64,000 nucleotides of DNA from a bacterium BMS3Abin01 (GCA_002897715.1 BDUA01000045.1:8495-72494), one strand, 5' to 3'. Positions 8,367 to 18,008 are shown, counted from the first letter of the stretch. A program made the numbers and translations. Notes: a model not told the origin generated them from the sequence alone.

Positions 8367-9347
8367 TATCCTAACCCCAATTACGACAGAGGGGAAGAGG
8401 TTCTCGAATGCATTGATTCCATTCAGGATTCCTCAATACTGCCGCGAGAGATCGTCGTTGTTGACGACTGCAGTACCGACAATTCCGTGGAGATGCTCGA
8501 AGCGGTTAATATAAAAGTTATTAAACACAGTGAGAACCGGGGAACTGCGGCTGCCAGAAATACCGGCGCCAGGAACTCAGAGGGAGATATTATCGTCTTT
8601 ATTGATTCAGATGTGGTGATTCACAAGGACACGATTAAAAAATGCGTCGAGTTCTTTCAGCGTGACGAGTCGGCATCTGTAATAGTCGGGCTGCCGGATA
8701 AAACAAACAAATATCCGGGAATCGTTACAGCGCATTTTCTCATGAGAATGTATTTCAGATTATTTGAATATTCTGACAGTGTTTCTTATACAAACGGCAC
8801 GCTGACAGCGGTGCGAAGAAACATATTCAACAAGATAGGTGGCTACAACGAAAAGCTGAGAACCCCGGGAATTGAAGATGCCGAGTTCGGGCTAGACGCC
8901 TATCGAAACCATGAAAAGATCTATCTGGATAAAACTAACGTGGTTACCCATAATAAAAAAATTGATTTCTGGGGCCTCATCAGAAGTGATATGGCAAGAA
9001 CCGTGGACAGGGTATTCTTTATGTTTCGAAAAAGACACACGCGATCTGTCTTGAAGGAGAAACGGATTTTTACAATCTCCTTCTCCCAGATTTTTTCCGC
9101 TCTCCTGGCCCCGATGATACCGATCTTCCTGCTGTTAACGATCTATTCCCGGTTATTCTTAATTCCGCTAATTGCTTCCCTGGCCTTATTCTTCTTTCTA
9201 TACCGTAGTTATCTGTCCTTTATAAAAAGGGAGATGGGCATATTCTCCTCGGTCAGGATCTATTTTTTACTAATTGTCGACATGTTTTTTGTGTATCTGG
9301 CTTTATGGAAGGGAATGCTGCTCTATGTTTCGGGCAGGAGGTACTAG
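8367..9347 (+). CDS. family-2 glycosyltransferase with C-terminal membrane helices; 5' end abuts or is disrupted by the IS3 element (possibly inactive)
   Basis: PNYDRGEEVLECIDSI, VVVDDCSTDNS, NRGTAAARNTGA and IVFIDSDVV (DxD) are GT2 motifs, followed by hydrophobic helices at the C-terminus. The first in-frame ATG/GTG after the IS end lies downstream of the first conserved Asp motif. The ORF-track N-terminus (7962-8366) runs through the IS antisense to orfA. AT-rich block. Confidence 0.7.
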   Translation, partial: YPNPNYDRGEEVLECIDSIQDSSILPREIVVVDDCSTDNSVEMLEAVNIKVIKHSENRGTAAARNTGARNSEGDIIVFIDSDVVIHKDTIKKCVEFFQRDESASVIVGLPDKTNKYPGIVTAHFLMRMYFRLFEYSDSVSYTNGTLTAVRRNIFNKIGGYNEKLRTPGIEDAEFGLDAYRNHEKIYLDKTNVVTHNKKIDFWGLIRSDMARTVDRVFFMFRKRHTRSVLKEKRIFTISFSQIFSALLAPMIPIFLLLTIYSRLFLIPLIASLALFFFLYRSYLSFIKREMGIFSSVRIYFLLIVDMFFVYLALWKGMLLYVSGRRY

Positions 9348-9350
9348 CAG

Positions 9351-10427
9351 TTGAAGCATTATTTGCAAAGCGCGATGAACTATGTCGCCAGAACAAGGCC
9401 TTTTGAAACCACGGTCTTTCTGACCTCGTCCTGTAACTTCAGATGTGATCACTGTTTTTACTGGAACGAGCTTAACCGGAAAGAGGAGTTGACCCTCGAA
9501 GAATTTCGCCTGCTCGCGCAAAGCATGCCCACACTTGAAAGGTTTCAATTCACCGGCGGAGAACCGTTTCTGCGAAAAGATATCGATGAGATTATTGCTG
9601 AGTTTTACAGGTGTTCTCGTCCAATGTATATAACCATACCCACAAACGGTTACCTTACCAACACCATCATAGAAAAAACAGAGAGCATAATGAAAATGGC
9701 GCCTGATTGCTTTGTGAATATCAGCTTGCAACTTAATGACCTGGGTGAAAAAAGAGACGAAAGCGTTAAGGTAAAGGGGAGCTTTGATCATCTGGTTAAC
9801 ACGGCCAGGGAGTTGAATATACTGAAGACGAAGTTCCCGAACCTGGGCCTGACGGTCATCTGTATCCAGACAGCCGCGAACCAGCACAGGGTCCGGCAGA
9901 TATATGATTTTGCCCAAGATGAGTTTGAAGTTGATAACTTTGCCTATTCGGTTGTAAGAGGCAACCCTAAAAAGCCGGATGTAAAAAATATCGATCCGCG
10001 GATTTATCATCAGATGTGCAATCATCTTCTTGAATCGTATAAAGAGAAAAGCGCTGATAGCAAGATACCTCTGTACAGACTCTTTTTGACAAATCGGGAG
10101 CTTGTTTATGATTATACATACAGGACTTTGGTTCAGGACTCGTATCAAATAAAATGTTACGCGGGCATTCTGCGAGCGGTGATCCTGGAAAACGGCGACG
10201 TCTATCCCTGCGAGATCCTGATGGAACACGGGGATGAATATTCCCTGGGCAACCTCAGAGATTTCGATATGGATTTCATGCGGCTCTGGAAGTCGGAGAA
10301 AAGAAAGGAAATCACCCGGCGGATAGCCGAGCAGAAATGCTTTTGTACCCATGGATGTGACATGATGGTTAATACCATGTTCAACAAAAAGTTCCCTTTC
10401 CTGGTCATGAGGAAACTGATCTCTTAA
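9351..10427 (+). CDS. radical SAM protein with C-terminal SPASM/twitch-like Cys cluster
   Basis: CNFRCDHC (CX3CX2C) lies near residue 28, with GGEPFL and IPTNGY motifs. The C-terminal segment is CYAG...YPCEIL...CFCTHGCD. TTG start 3 nt after the GT2 stop. There is no N-terminal RRE-like extension. AT-rich block (spot count 24/60 GC). Confidence 0.8.
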   Translation: MKHYLQSAMNYVARTRPFETTVFLTSSCNFRCDHCFYWNELNRKEELTLEEFRLLAQSMPTLERFQFTGGEPFLRKDIDEIIAEFYRCSRPMYITIPTNGYLTNTIIEKTESIMKMAPDCFVNISLQLNDLGEKRDESVKVKGSFDHLVNTARELNILKTKFPNLGLTVICIQTAANQHRVRQIYDFAQDEFEVDNFAYSVVRGNPKKPDVKNIDPRIYHQMCNHLLESYKEKSADSKIPLYRLFLTNRELVYDYTYRTLVQDSYQIKCYAGILRAVILENGDVYPCEILMEHGDEYSLGNLRDFDMDFMRLWKSEKRKEITRRIAEQKCFCTHGCDMMVNTMFNKKFPFLVMRKLIS

Positions 10428-10553
10428 CACCCGGACCGGTCGGTCTTTCAAATACCTTTTCTGCCCGGCCGACAGGCAGGCGGCGGCTGACAGCTTCTTT
10501 ATTGCGTCCCCGTTTGACCTTCCTTCATGTCCGTTCCTTGTTACCGGCGGCGC

Positions 10554-11876
10554 TCAATCCTCGTCCATCTCCATATGCATGACCCCGTCACTGTCCGTGT
10601 GCGTTATCATGAACAGCCGCTGGGCTATCAGGACCAGGAGGATGCCGATGAGAGCGACCACGGGCACCAGGGGGTCGCTCCTGAGTTTCAGCACAAGAAA
10701 GACGGCCAGGATCACGCTGTCAAACAGTATCGCCGCCAGGGTGATAACGGGCCTGAAGTCGATCTCCTGCCGCAGGTAGCGGAAAAGCCCCCAGTGGATG
10801 GCGATATCCATAACCAGGTAGAAAATGGCGCCGATGGCGGCGATCCGGGTCAGGTTGAACAGGATCGTCAGGGTTGAAGCCAGCAGAACGGTAACGATCA
10901 GCGCCGGATTGCTGAGTCTGGAAGTGAACCTGGGAATCTGCTTCATGTTGCTCAGCATGGCCAGCAACCTGGACGCGGAGAACACGCTGGCGATCAGGCC
11001 CGACACAGTGGCGATGATGGCCAGGGATACGGTAAACCACAAGCCCCAATCGCCGAATACCGGCCGCGCCGCCTCCGCCAGCGCGTAGTCCTTGGCGGCG
11101 ATGATCTCGGGCACGCTCAGATTGGCTGCCACCGACAGTGCCAGGGCCACGTAGATGGCGGCGCAGATGATTACGGAGATAATGATGGAGCGGCCCACGT
11201 TGCGGTGAGGGTCGACGATATCGCCGCCCTGGTTGGTGATGGTGGTAAACCCCTTGTAGGCCAGGATCGCCAGGGCCAGGGCGGCGATAAAACCACCCAC
11301 GCCCAAGTCGCTGCCAGCCCCGCCGGCGGCGGTCTCAAAGGTCGGGAGCGCGCCCACCGCCAGCCCGGCGATGGCCAATACGGCGATTCCCAGGATCTTG
11401 ATGATGGCGGTTACGGTCGCGGTCGCGCCGATGGTTCTGTTGCCGGAGATATTGATGATAAAGGCGATTGCTATCAGTGCCACCCCCAGCATCGGCACCA
11501 GCCTGCTGGTGCTGGTGATGTCGAACAGTCTCAAGGTATAGGTCCCGAAGGTCCGGGCGACCAGGCTTTCGGCGATCACCATCGACACGTACATCAGCAG
11601 CGAAAAGGTCCCGGTGGCCGTGCCCGGGCCATAGGCCTTTCTCAGGAAATTGGCGATACCCCCGGACGATGGGTAAGCATTGGAGAACTTCACGTAGGAA
11701 TAGGCGCTGAAGCCGGTTACGACCGCGCCGACCAGGAAGGCCAGCGGGAAGAGGATGCCCGCCAACTCGGCCACCTGCCCCAGGAGTACGAAGATGCCGG
11801 CGCCGATCATGACCCCGGTGCCCAGGGAGACCGATCCGACCAGTGACAGCTTTTTACCCGCGGGGCTATGTTTCAA
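10554..11876 (-). CDS. APC-family amino acid permease
   Basis: 440 aa with about 12 helices. The N-terminal signature is SVSLGTGVMIGAGIFVLLG. TTG start with GGGAG 7 nt upstream, 15 nt after the hisG stop. Confidence 0.8.
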   Translation of the reverse strand: MKHSPAGKKLSLVGSVSLGTGVMIGAGIFVLLGQVAELAGILFPLAFLVGAVVTGFSAYSYVKFSNAYPSSGGIANFLRKAYGPGTATGTFSLLMYVSMVIAESLVARTFGTYTLRLFDITSTSRLVPMLGVALIAIAFIINISGNRTIGATATVTAIIKILGIAVLAIAGLAVGALPTFETAAGGAGSDLGVGGFIAALALAILAYKGFTTITNQGGDIVDPHRNVGRSIIISVIICAAIYVALALSVAANLSVPEIIAAKDYALAEAARPVFGDWGLWFTVSLAIIATVSGLIASVFSASRLLAMLSNMKQIPRFTSRLSNPALIVTVLLASTLTILFNLTRIAAIGAIFYLVMDIAIHWGLFRYLRQEIDFRPVITLAAILFDSVILAVFLVLKLRSDPLVPVVALIGILLVLIAQRLFMITHTDSDGVMHMEMDED

Positions 11877-11891
11877 TAACCGCTCCCGGTC

Positions 11892-12764
11892 TCAGTGCAC
11901 TATCTTGGAGATGCCCAGCTCCAGAATGTCCTCGGCGCCCTTCGCTTTCAGTCTGGGAATGATAACGTTTACCGTGTCCTTGTCCACCACCGTGGTTACC
12001 TCCAGGTAATCCGAGTCATGCAGGGTGGATACCGTGGGCTTCTTCATCGCCGGCAGTTCGGCGATGACATCCTCCAGCCTGTCCCTGGAGACGTTCATCG
12101 ACAGCAGCACGCGGCCACGGGCCTCGATCACACCCAGCAGCAGGGTGCGTATCTCCTCAGCGGCCCGGCGCTTGTCCGGGTCCTCCCAGGATGCTTTGTT
12201 GGCGATCAGCTTGGTGGTGGACTCCATGACGGTGTCGATAATACGCAGGCGGTTGCGCCTGAGGGTGGAGCCGGTCTCGGCGAGGTCCACCACCACGTCC
12301 ATCAGCTCCGGCACCTTGGCCTCGGTAGCGCCGAAGGAATAGAAGACATCCACCTCGATGCCCAGACCCTCGAAGTACCTCCTGGTGATGTTGGTGAACT
12401 CAGTGGTCACGCGGCTGCCGGGTCTGATGTCGGACGCCTGCCGTATCTCCGAGTCCTCGGGAACGGCCACTACCATCCTCATCATGCCGGTGCCGGTCTT
12501 GGCATAGGGCATATCCGCCACCTCGACCACGTCGGCGCCGCACTCGGTGATGCAGTCCAGGCCGGATACTCCCAGGTCGAAATAGCCCTCCTCGACATAC
12601 TTGGGTATCTCCTGCGGCCGCAATATCTTCACTTTGCCGATACGCTCGTCGGCGATGCTGACCGTGTATTCGCGGGAATTCCTGATAACCCTGAGATCGG
12701 CGTCGGCGAACAGCTTCAGCGTCTGTTCCTGCAGGCTCCCTTTGGGCAATGCGATGCTTAGCAC
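11892..12764 (-). CDS. hisG: ATP phosphoribosyltransferase, long form
   Basis: MLSIALPKGSLQEQTLKLF, ILRPQEIPKYVEEGYFDLGVSGLD, DLAETGSTLRRN and the C-terminal regulatory domain (VLLSMNV...PTVSTL) are all present. GTG start with AGGAG upstream. Confidence 0.9.
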   Translation of the reverse strand: MLSIALPKGSLQEQTLKLFADADLRVIRNSREYTVSIADERIGKVKILRPQEIPKYVEEGYFDLGVSGLDCITECGADVVEVADMPYAKTGTGMMRMVVAVPEDSEIRQASDIRPGSRVTTEFTNITRRYFEGLGIEVDVFYSFGATEAKVPELMDVVVDLAETGSTLRRNRLRIIDTVMESTTKLIANKASWEDPDKRRAAEEIRTLLLGVIEARGRVLLSMNVSRDRLEDVIAELPAMKKPTVSTLHDSDYLEVTTVVDKDTVNVIIPRLKAKGAEDILELGISKIVH

Positions 12765-13079
12765 TCTGACTCCTGTTTGAAACGGAAAGGGGAAAGCCCC
12801 TGTCTCCTGCTACAGTGGATTCTACCTGAAACAGCGGCGAACAATAAGGTTGGCATTCATCATTTGCGGCCGCCGGTAGAAGCTGCTCCGGCCAGGTTAC
12901 ACCGGATAGCCGTAACTGCCACCGCAGACATCCCGGGCGGTGGCGAAGATAGTGGTCAAGAAATCACTCCACCGTTCACGTCATACCTCAGGGTCAGCGG
13001 CGCGCTGCCGCTGATATCGATGTCGCCAACGGCAACGGGGGTATTGGTCAGCAAGGGAACTGAAGGGACATTGATGGTT

Positions 13080-13319
13080 CTAATAAACGGTTACCTGTAT
13101 GCCTTCCAGGGGCTGACCTGACCCGTTGGTGATGTTACCGGAGATGGAGCCGCTGCTGGTGACGCTCGCTATCGGGTTTCCCGCCGAAGCGGCGGAGGAA
13201 CCGTCCTGGTCCGCAGCCGCCAACTGGGCCAGGGCGGCCGCAAGCACAAAGAGCGATGATGCAGACAGGGAGTACGGCCTTTGGGCAGATGCTGAAGCTG
13301 TTTTTTTCGTCGGATTCAT
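13080..13319 (-). CDS. hypothetical secreted protein fragment (signal peptide plus the start of a CarboxypepD_reg-like fold); probably decayed
   Basis: MNPTKKT...SLFVLAAALAQLAAA is a signal-like segment. GNITNGSGQPLEGIQVTVY is followed by a stop. Protein-like sequence (TINVPSVPLLTNTPVAVGDIDISGSAPLTLRYDVNGGVIS*) continues in another frame to about 12956. Confidence 0.3.
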   Translation of the reverse strand: MNPTKKTASASAQRPYSLSASSLFVLAAALAQLAAADQDGSSAASAGNPIASVTSSGSISGNITNGSGQPLEGIQVTVY

Positions 13320-13431
13320 TGATAAACCAGTAGCACTTTCTCAGCATACAACAGGAAAGAGGTAACAAACACGGGGAGCCCGCCTGGATTTTCTAAATGA
13401 TACCGCGGGATTGGAAATTTGACAATAGGGG

Positions 13432-13452
13432 GGTGGATTTTTCAGCTGAAAA
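13432..13452 (-). terminator. hairpin downstream of prfB (possible terminator)
   Basis: GGATTTTTCAGCTGAAAATCC is an imperfect palindrome about 45 nt after the prfB stop. No clear U-tract follows. Confidence 0.3.
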
Positions 13453-13497
13453 TCCTTACGGGAGCCGTCGGCCATATTTTGCCGCCGGGCATGTTTC

Positions 13498-14650
13498 CTA
13501 TTCCTTCCCCGCCATGGCCAGCAGGTATTCGTGGATGAAATCATCTATGCGGCCGTCCAGCACCGCCTGGGTGTTGCCGGTCTCATAGCCGGTGCGGTGG
13601 TCCTTGACCATCTGGTAGGGAGCCAGTACATAGGAGCGGATCTGGCTGCCCCAGGCGATCTCGGCCAGCTTGCCCCGCTCCTTCTCCATCTCCTCGGCAC
13701 GCTTGCGCTCCTCCAGCGCCAGCAGTTTACTCTTTAGCAGCTTCATGGCAGTGATCTTGTTGGACAGCTGGGAGCGCTCGTTCTGGCACTGGACCACGGT
13801 GCCGGTGGGAAGGTGGGTTATGCGCACCGCCGAGTCGGTCTTGTTGACATGCTGGCCGCCGGCGCCGCTGGCGCGGTAGGTCTCGATCTTCAGGTCCTTC
13901 TCGTCGATCTCCACGTCCACGTCCTCCTCCACCAGCGGGCTCACCTCCACGGCGGTGAAGCTGGTGTGGCGGCGCTTGGCGGCATCGAAGGGAGAGATGC
14001 GCACCAGCCGGTGCACGCCCCGCTCCGCCGACAGCAGACCGTAAGCGTTCTCGCCATGGATGGTGACCGTGGCGCTTTTCAGGCCCGCCTCGTCGCCGGC
14101 GGTGGCCTCGTTGATCTGCGCTTCGAAGCCACGGCTGTCGGCCCAGCGCAGATACATGCGCAGCAGCATCTCCGCCCAGTCCTGGGATTCGGTGCCACCG
14201 GCGCCGGGATGGATGGTAAGCACAGCGTCACCGTCGTCATACTCGCCGGAGAACAGGCGCTCCTCTTCCAGCTGCTCCAGACGCGCCAGGGTCGCCGCCA
14301 GCGATGCCCCCGCCTCGGCCAGAAACTCGGCCTCCGCCTCGTCATCCCCCTCGGCGTCGGCCTCGCCTATCATCTCCAGCAGGGTGACGCCGTCTTCGAC
14401 CTCGGCCTGGATGGACCTGTAACGCTCCAGCCGCCGCTTGGCGCGGCGATGCCCGGAGCTTACCCTGGCAGCCTCGGCCTGGTCGGACCAGAAGCCCGGC
14501 TGCTGCATCCGCTCTTCCAGGTCAGCGACCTGTTTTTCCAGAGAAGGGGGGTCAAAGGTAATCACCCAGCCACTGGAACTTCTCGTGTACCAGGGACAGC
14601 TGTTCCTTCAACTGGTCCAGGGTGTATGTGTGTGATGAGTCGGGGGCCAT
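13498..14650 (-). CDS. prfB: peptide chain release factor 2, requiring a programmed +1 frameshift
   Basis: The ATG at 14648-14650 opens MAPDSSHTYTLDQLKEQLSLVHEKFQWLGDYL, followed by TGA. The +1 frame continues DPPSLEKQVADLEERMQQPGFWSDQ...SGAGGQHVNKTDSAVRITHLPTG (GGQ motif). Confidence 0.9.
14551..14557 (-). other. prfB +1 frameshift site CTT TGA C
   Basis: The minus strand reads GGT GAT TAC CTT TGA CCC. This is the canonical CUU UGA C shift site, preceded by the SD-like GGUGAU. Confidence 0.85.
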
Positions 14651-14700
14651 AAAGGCAATATTATCAGGAATCCGCCGCCGGGTGGCGGCGGCGGGGCCCG

Positions 14701-17268
14701 TCAGACCCCGCAGCACTTCTTGTACTTCTTGCCCGACCCGCAGGGACAGGGGTCGTTGCGGCCCACCTTTTCCGAGACGCGCTGGGCTACCTCCTGTTTC
14801 TCGTCGGCGCCGCCGGTGGTGGTTTGCTGCGACGGCGCCTGCTGCGGCAGCTTGGAAGTGGTGCCGTCATCGTATGAATACTGGAGGTCCTTTTCCGGCT
14901 GCGCCGCCTGCTCCTCCACCGGCACCCGGCTCATGTGGAAGATGGTGCGGGTGAAATCCTCCTTGATGGTCTCCAGCAGCTCCTGGAACATCTGGTAGCC
15001 CTCAGTCTTGTACTCCGCCAGCGGGTCCTTCTGGGACAGGCCGCGCCAATGGATGCCCTCGCGCAGGTAGTCCATGTCGAACAGATGTTCGCGCCAGCGG
15101 TTGTCGATGACCCCCAACATCACCAGCCGCTCCAGCTGGCGCATATGGTCCGCGGTGAACTCCTCCTCCTTGCGCGCATAGAAGGCGCGCGCGTCCGCCA
15201 GCACCTTCTCCAGCAGCTCGTCCTGGGTGATCGCCTCCCTGTCCAGGTCATCCGGACCGAAGGAGATATCGAACAGCGACCTGAGGGATGCGAACAGGCT
15301 GTCCCAGTCCCAGTCTTCGGGGTAGGTCTGCTCGTCGGCATATTCTTGCACCTGTGACGTCAGGACCTGTTCGATGATATCGGCGGCCTCTTCGCTGATG
15401 TCCCCGCCCTCGAGGATCTTGGTCCGCTCGCTGTAGATAACCTCGCGCTGCTTGTTCATGACATCATCGTATTCCAGTACCCGTTTCCGGATCTGGAAGT
15501 TCTGCTGTTCCACCTTGCGCTGGGCGTTCTCCACCGTCTTGCTGAGCATCTTGTGCTCGATGGGGTCGTTTTCCGAAGGGCCCAGCTTGTCCAGGATGTT
15601 AAAGATACGGTCGCCGGCAAACAGGCGGATAATATCGTCCTCGGCCGAAAGATAGAAGCGCGAGGTGCCCGGATCCCCCTGGCGTCCGCTGCGACCCCGG
15701 AGCTGGTTATCGATGCGGCGGCTCTCGTGGCGCTCCGTGCCCAGCACATACAGCCCGCCGACCTCCTTGACACCCTCGCCCAGCTTGATGTCGACGCCGC
15801 GGCCGGCCATGTTGGTGGCGATGGTCACCGATCCCGGCTGACCGGCGTTCTTGATGATCTCCGCTTCCTTCTCGTGGTGCTTGGCGTTGAGCACCTGGTG
15901 CTTGACGCCCCGCCGCTCCAGCAGGCCGCTCAGGTGTTCGCTGGTCTCGATGTCCACCGTTCCCACCAGCACCGGCTGCCCTATTTGATAGCATTGGTCG
16001 ATATCCTCCACCACCGCCCGGAATTTGGCCTTTTTGGTCTTGTAGATAAAATCGTTACGGTCGTCGCGGACCATGGGCCGGTTGGGCGGGATCGACACCA
16101 CTTCCAGCTTGTAGATATGCATGAACTCATCAGCCTCGGTGGCGGCGGTGCCGGTCATGCCCGCCAGCTTGTCATACATGCGGAAATAGTTCTGCAGGGT
16201 TATGGTAGCCAGGGTCTGGTTCTCCTCGCGGATGTGTACCTTTTCCTTGGCCTCGATGGCCTGATGCAGGCCTTCAGAGTAGCGTCGCCCTTCCATGATG
16301 CGGCCGGTGAACTCGTCAACGATGAGCACCTCGCCGTCCTTGACCACGTACTCCACGTCGCGGTTGAACAGCGCCTGCGCGCGCAGCGCCTGTATCAGGT
16401 GGTTGACCAGCTGGCCGTTTTTTGCTTCATAGAGGTTCTCGATGCCCAGCTGCTTCTCCACCTTGGCCACCCCCGACTCGGTGGGGGCGACGGTGCGGTG
16501 CTTCTCGTCCACCTCGTAGTCCTCTTCGGCCCGCAGCAACGGCACGATAGAGGCGAACTTGTAATAGGTAGCGGCGGCCTCTTCGGGAGAACCGGAGATT
16601 ATCAGCGGTGTCCTGGCCTCATCGATGAGTATGCTGTCCACTTCGTCGACGATGGCGAAGGCGTGGTCCGGCTGGACCAACTCGGAAACATGATGGGCCA
16701 TGTTGTCACGCAGATAGTCGAAGCCGAACTCGGAGTTGGTGCCGTAGATACAGTCGCCGGCGTAAACGGCGCGGCGTTCGTCGTTAGGCATCATGTTGCG
16801 TAGCGCGCCCACCCCCAGGCCGAGAAAACGGTAAAGAGGGGCCATCCACTCGGCGTCGCGCCCGGCCAGATAATCGTTGACCGTGATCAGATGCACACCC
16901 TTGCCGGACAGGGAATTGAGATAGACCGGCAGCGTGGCCACCAGCGTCTTGCCTTCACCGGTTTTCATCTCGGCTATCCTGCCCTGGTGCAAGGCGATGC
17001 CGCCCATGATCTGCACATCGAAAGGCCGCATGCCCAGCGTGCGTTCCGCCGCCTCGCGGGCGACAGCGAAAGCCTCCATCATGATATCGTCGAGGCTCTC
17101 GCCCCTCTCCAGCCGCTGCCTGAACTCCGGGGTCTTCGCCTTCAGCTCGTCATCACTGAGAGCGCGCACTTCCTCTTCAAAAGCATTGACTCCGTCGACT
17201 TGCTGCTGGAGCTTTTTCAGTTTTTTGCCTTCGCCCATGCGAAGGGCTTTTTGCAGGATATTAGCCAT
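14701..17268 (-). CDS. secA: preprotein translocase ATPase SecA
   Basis: 855 aa. The N-terminus is [20 protein letters not shown], with the MKTGEGKT Walker A and DEAD-like [19 protein letters not shown]. The C-terminal zinc motif is [14 protein letters not shown]. Confidence 0.95.
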   Translation of the reverse strand: MANILQKALRMGEGKKLKKLQQQVDGVNAFEEEVRALSDDELKAKTPEFRQRLERGESLDDIMMEAFAVAREAAERTLGMRPFDVQIMGGIALHQGRIAEMKTGEGKTLVATLPVYLNSLSGKGVHLITVNDYLAGRDAEWMAPLYRFLGLGVGALRNMMPNDERRAVYAGDCIYGTNSEFGFDYLRDNMAHHVSELVQPDHAFAIVDEVDSILIDEARTPLIISGSPEEAAATYYKFASIVPLLRAEEDYEVDEKHRTVAPTESGVAKVEKQLGIENLYEAKNGQLVNHLIQALRAQALFNRDVEYVVKDGEVLIVDEFTGRIMEGRRYSEGLHQAIEAKEKVHIREENQTLATITLQNYFRMYDKLAGMTGTAATEADEFMHIYKLEVVSIPPNRPMVRDDRNDFIYKTKKAKFRAVVEDIDQCYQIGQPVLVGTVDIETSEHLSGLLERRGVKHQVLNAKHHEKEAEIIKNAGQPGSVTIATNMAGRGVDIKLGEGVKEVGGLYVLGTERHESRRIDNQLRGRSGRQGDPGTSRFYLSAEDDIIRLFAGDRIFNILDKLGPSENDPIEHKMLSKTVENAQRKVEQQNFQIRKRVLEYDDVMNKQREVIYSERTKILEGGDISEEAADIIEQVLTSQVQEYADEQTYPEDWDWDSLFASLRSLFDISFGPDDLDREAITQDELLEKVLADARAFYARKEEEFTADHMRQLERLVMLGVIDNRWREHLFDMDYLREGIHWRGLSQKDPLAEYKTEGYQMFQELLETIKEDFTRTIFHMSRVPVEEQAAQPEKDLQYSYDDGTTSKLPQQAPSQQTTTGGADEKQEVAQRVSEKVGRNDPCPCGSGKKYKKCCGV

Positions 17269-17394
17269 AATTACACAGATATTTTATCAGTTAATGGGCA
17301 GGGCTGGGGAAAAACCGATGTGTTAACCCACCGGGTGCCTTGACAGGCCAGGGCGGGCCGGAAGGAGGATCCCCGGGATGTGTCTTCCCGGCTG

Positions 17395-17946
17395 TCAGAT
17401 GGGCTCAATCAGCCCGTAGTCCCCGTCACGGCGGCGGTAGATGACGTTGGTTTCGTTGGTCTCCGCGTTGCGGAAGACGAAGAAGTCATGGCCGATAAGC
17501 TCCATCTGCAGCGCCGCCTCCTCCGCCGACATGGGCTTGATGCTGAACTGCTTGGTCTTTACGATCTGCGGTTCGCGCTCTTCGTCTTCCTCATCAAGGA
17601 GCTCCAGGCCCCGGTCGGGCGGCAGGCTGCCGCGCACATGGGCATTGTGGCTTACCAGCTTGCCCCGGTATTTCTTCACCTGGCGATCCAGTTTGTCGGC
17701 CACCAGGTCGATGGAGGCGTACATGTCGGTGGAGGCGCCCTTGGCGCGCAACACCGGCCCCTTGGTGAAGATGGTGGCCTCGGCGACCTGGTTGTCCTCT
17801 ATCCTGGGGTTCTTCTCACAGAAAAGCTCCAGTTCCATCCTGCTGGCGCTGTTGAGGTTCTTTCCCAGCTTCACCAGTTTCTCTTCCGCGTAGGAACGGA
17901 GCGACTCGGTCACGGTGATATTTCTTCCCTTCACATTGAATTTCAT
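17395..17946 (-). CDS. hpf: ribosome hibernation promoting factor (long HPF)
   Basis: MKFNVKGRNITVTESLRSYAEEKL is the N-terminal S30AE domain. The C-terminal dimerisation domain reads MSAEEAALQMELIGHDFFVFRNAETNETNVIYRRRDGDYGLIEP. Confidence 0.9.
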   Translation of the reverse strand: MKFNVKGRNITVTESLRSYAEEKLVKLGKNLNSASRMELELFCEKNPRIEDNQVAEATIFTKGPVLRAKGASTDMYASIDLVADKLDRQVKKYRGKLVSHNAHVRGSLPPDRGLELLDEEDEEREPQIVKTKQFSIKPMSAEEAALQMELIGHDFFVFRNAETNETNVIYRRRDGDYGLIEPI

Positions 17947-18008
17947 ATTCTTCCTTCCCCGCTGTTTTTGGTTCCCTGATTACCCATCGGACTATCCTGC
18001 CCCTGTCT

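Noticed and set aside
12765-12830. Attenuator or T-box upstream of hisG
   Set aside because: Only a 4-5 bp GGGG/CCCC stem with a short U run is present. There is no specifier or T-box sequence and no leader peptide with His codons.
15553-16803. 416-aa ORF antisense to secA. Similar long antisense ORFs occur at 21407-22750, 23847-25076, 32614-33942, 56221-57165 and 573-1322.
   Set aside because: Each lies opposite a gene with unambiguous family motifs. The compositions are Arg/Gly/His/Pro-rich, and none has an RBS or recognisable motifs. I regard them as GC-driven open frames.
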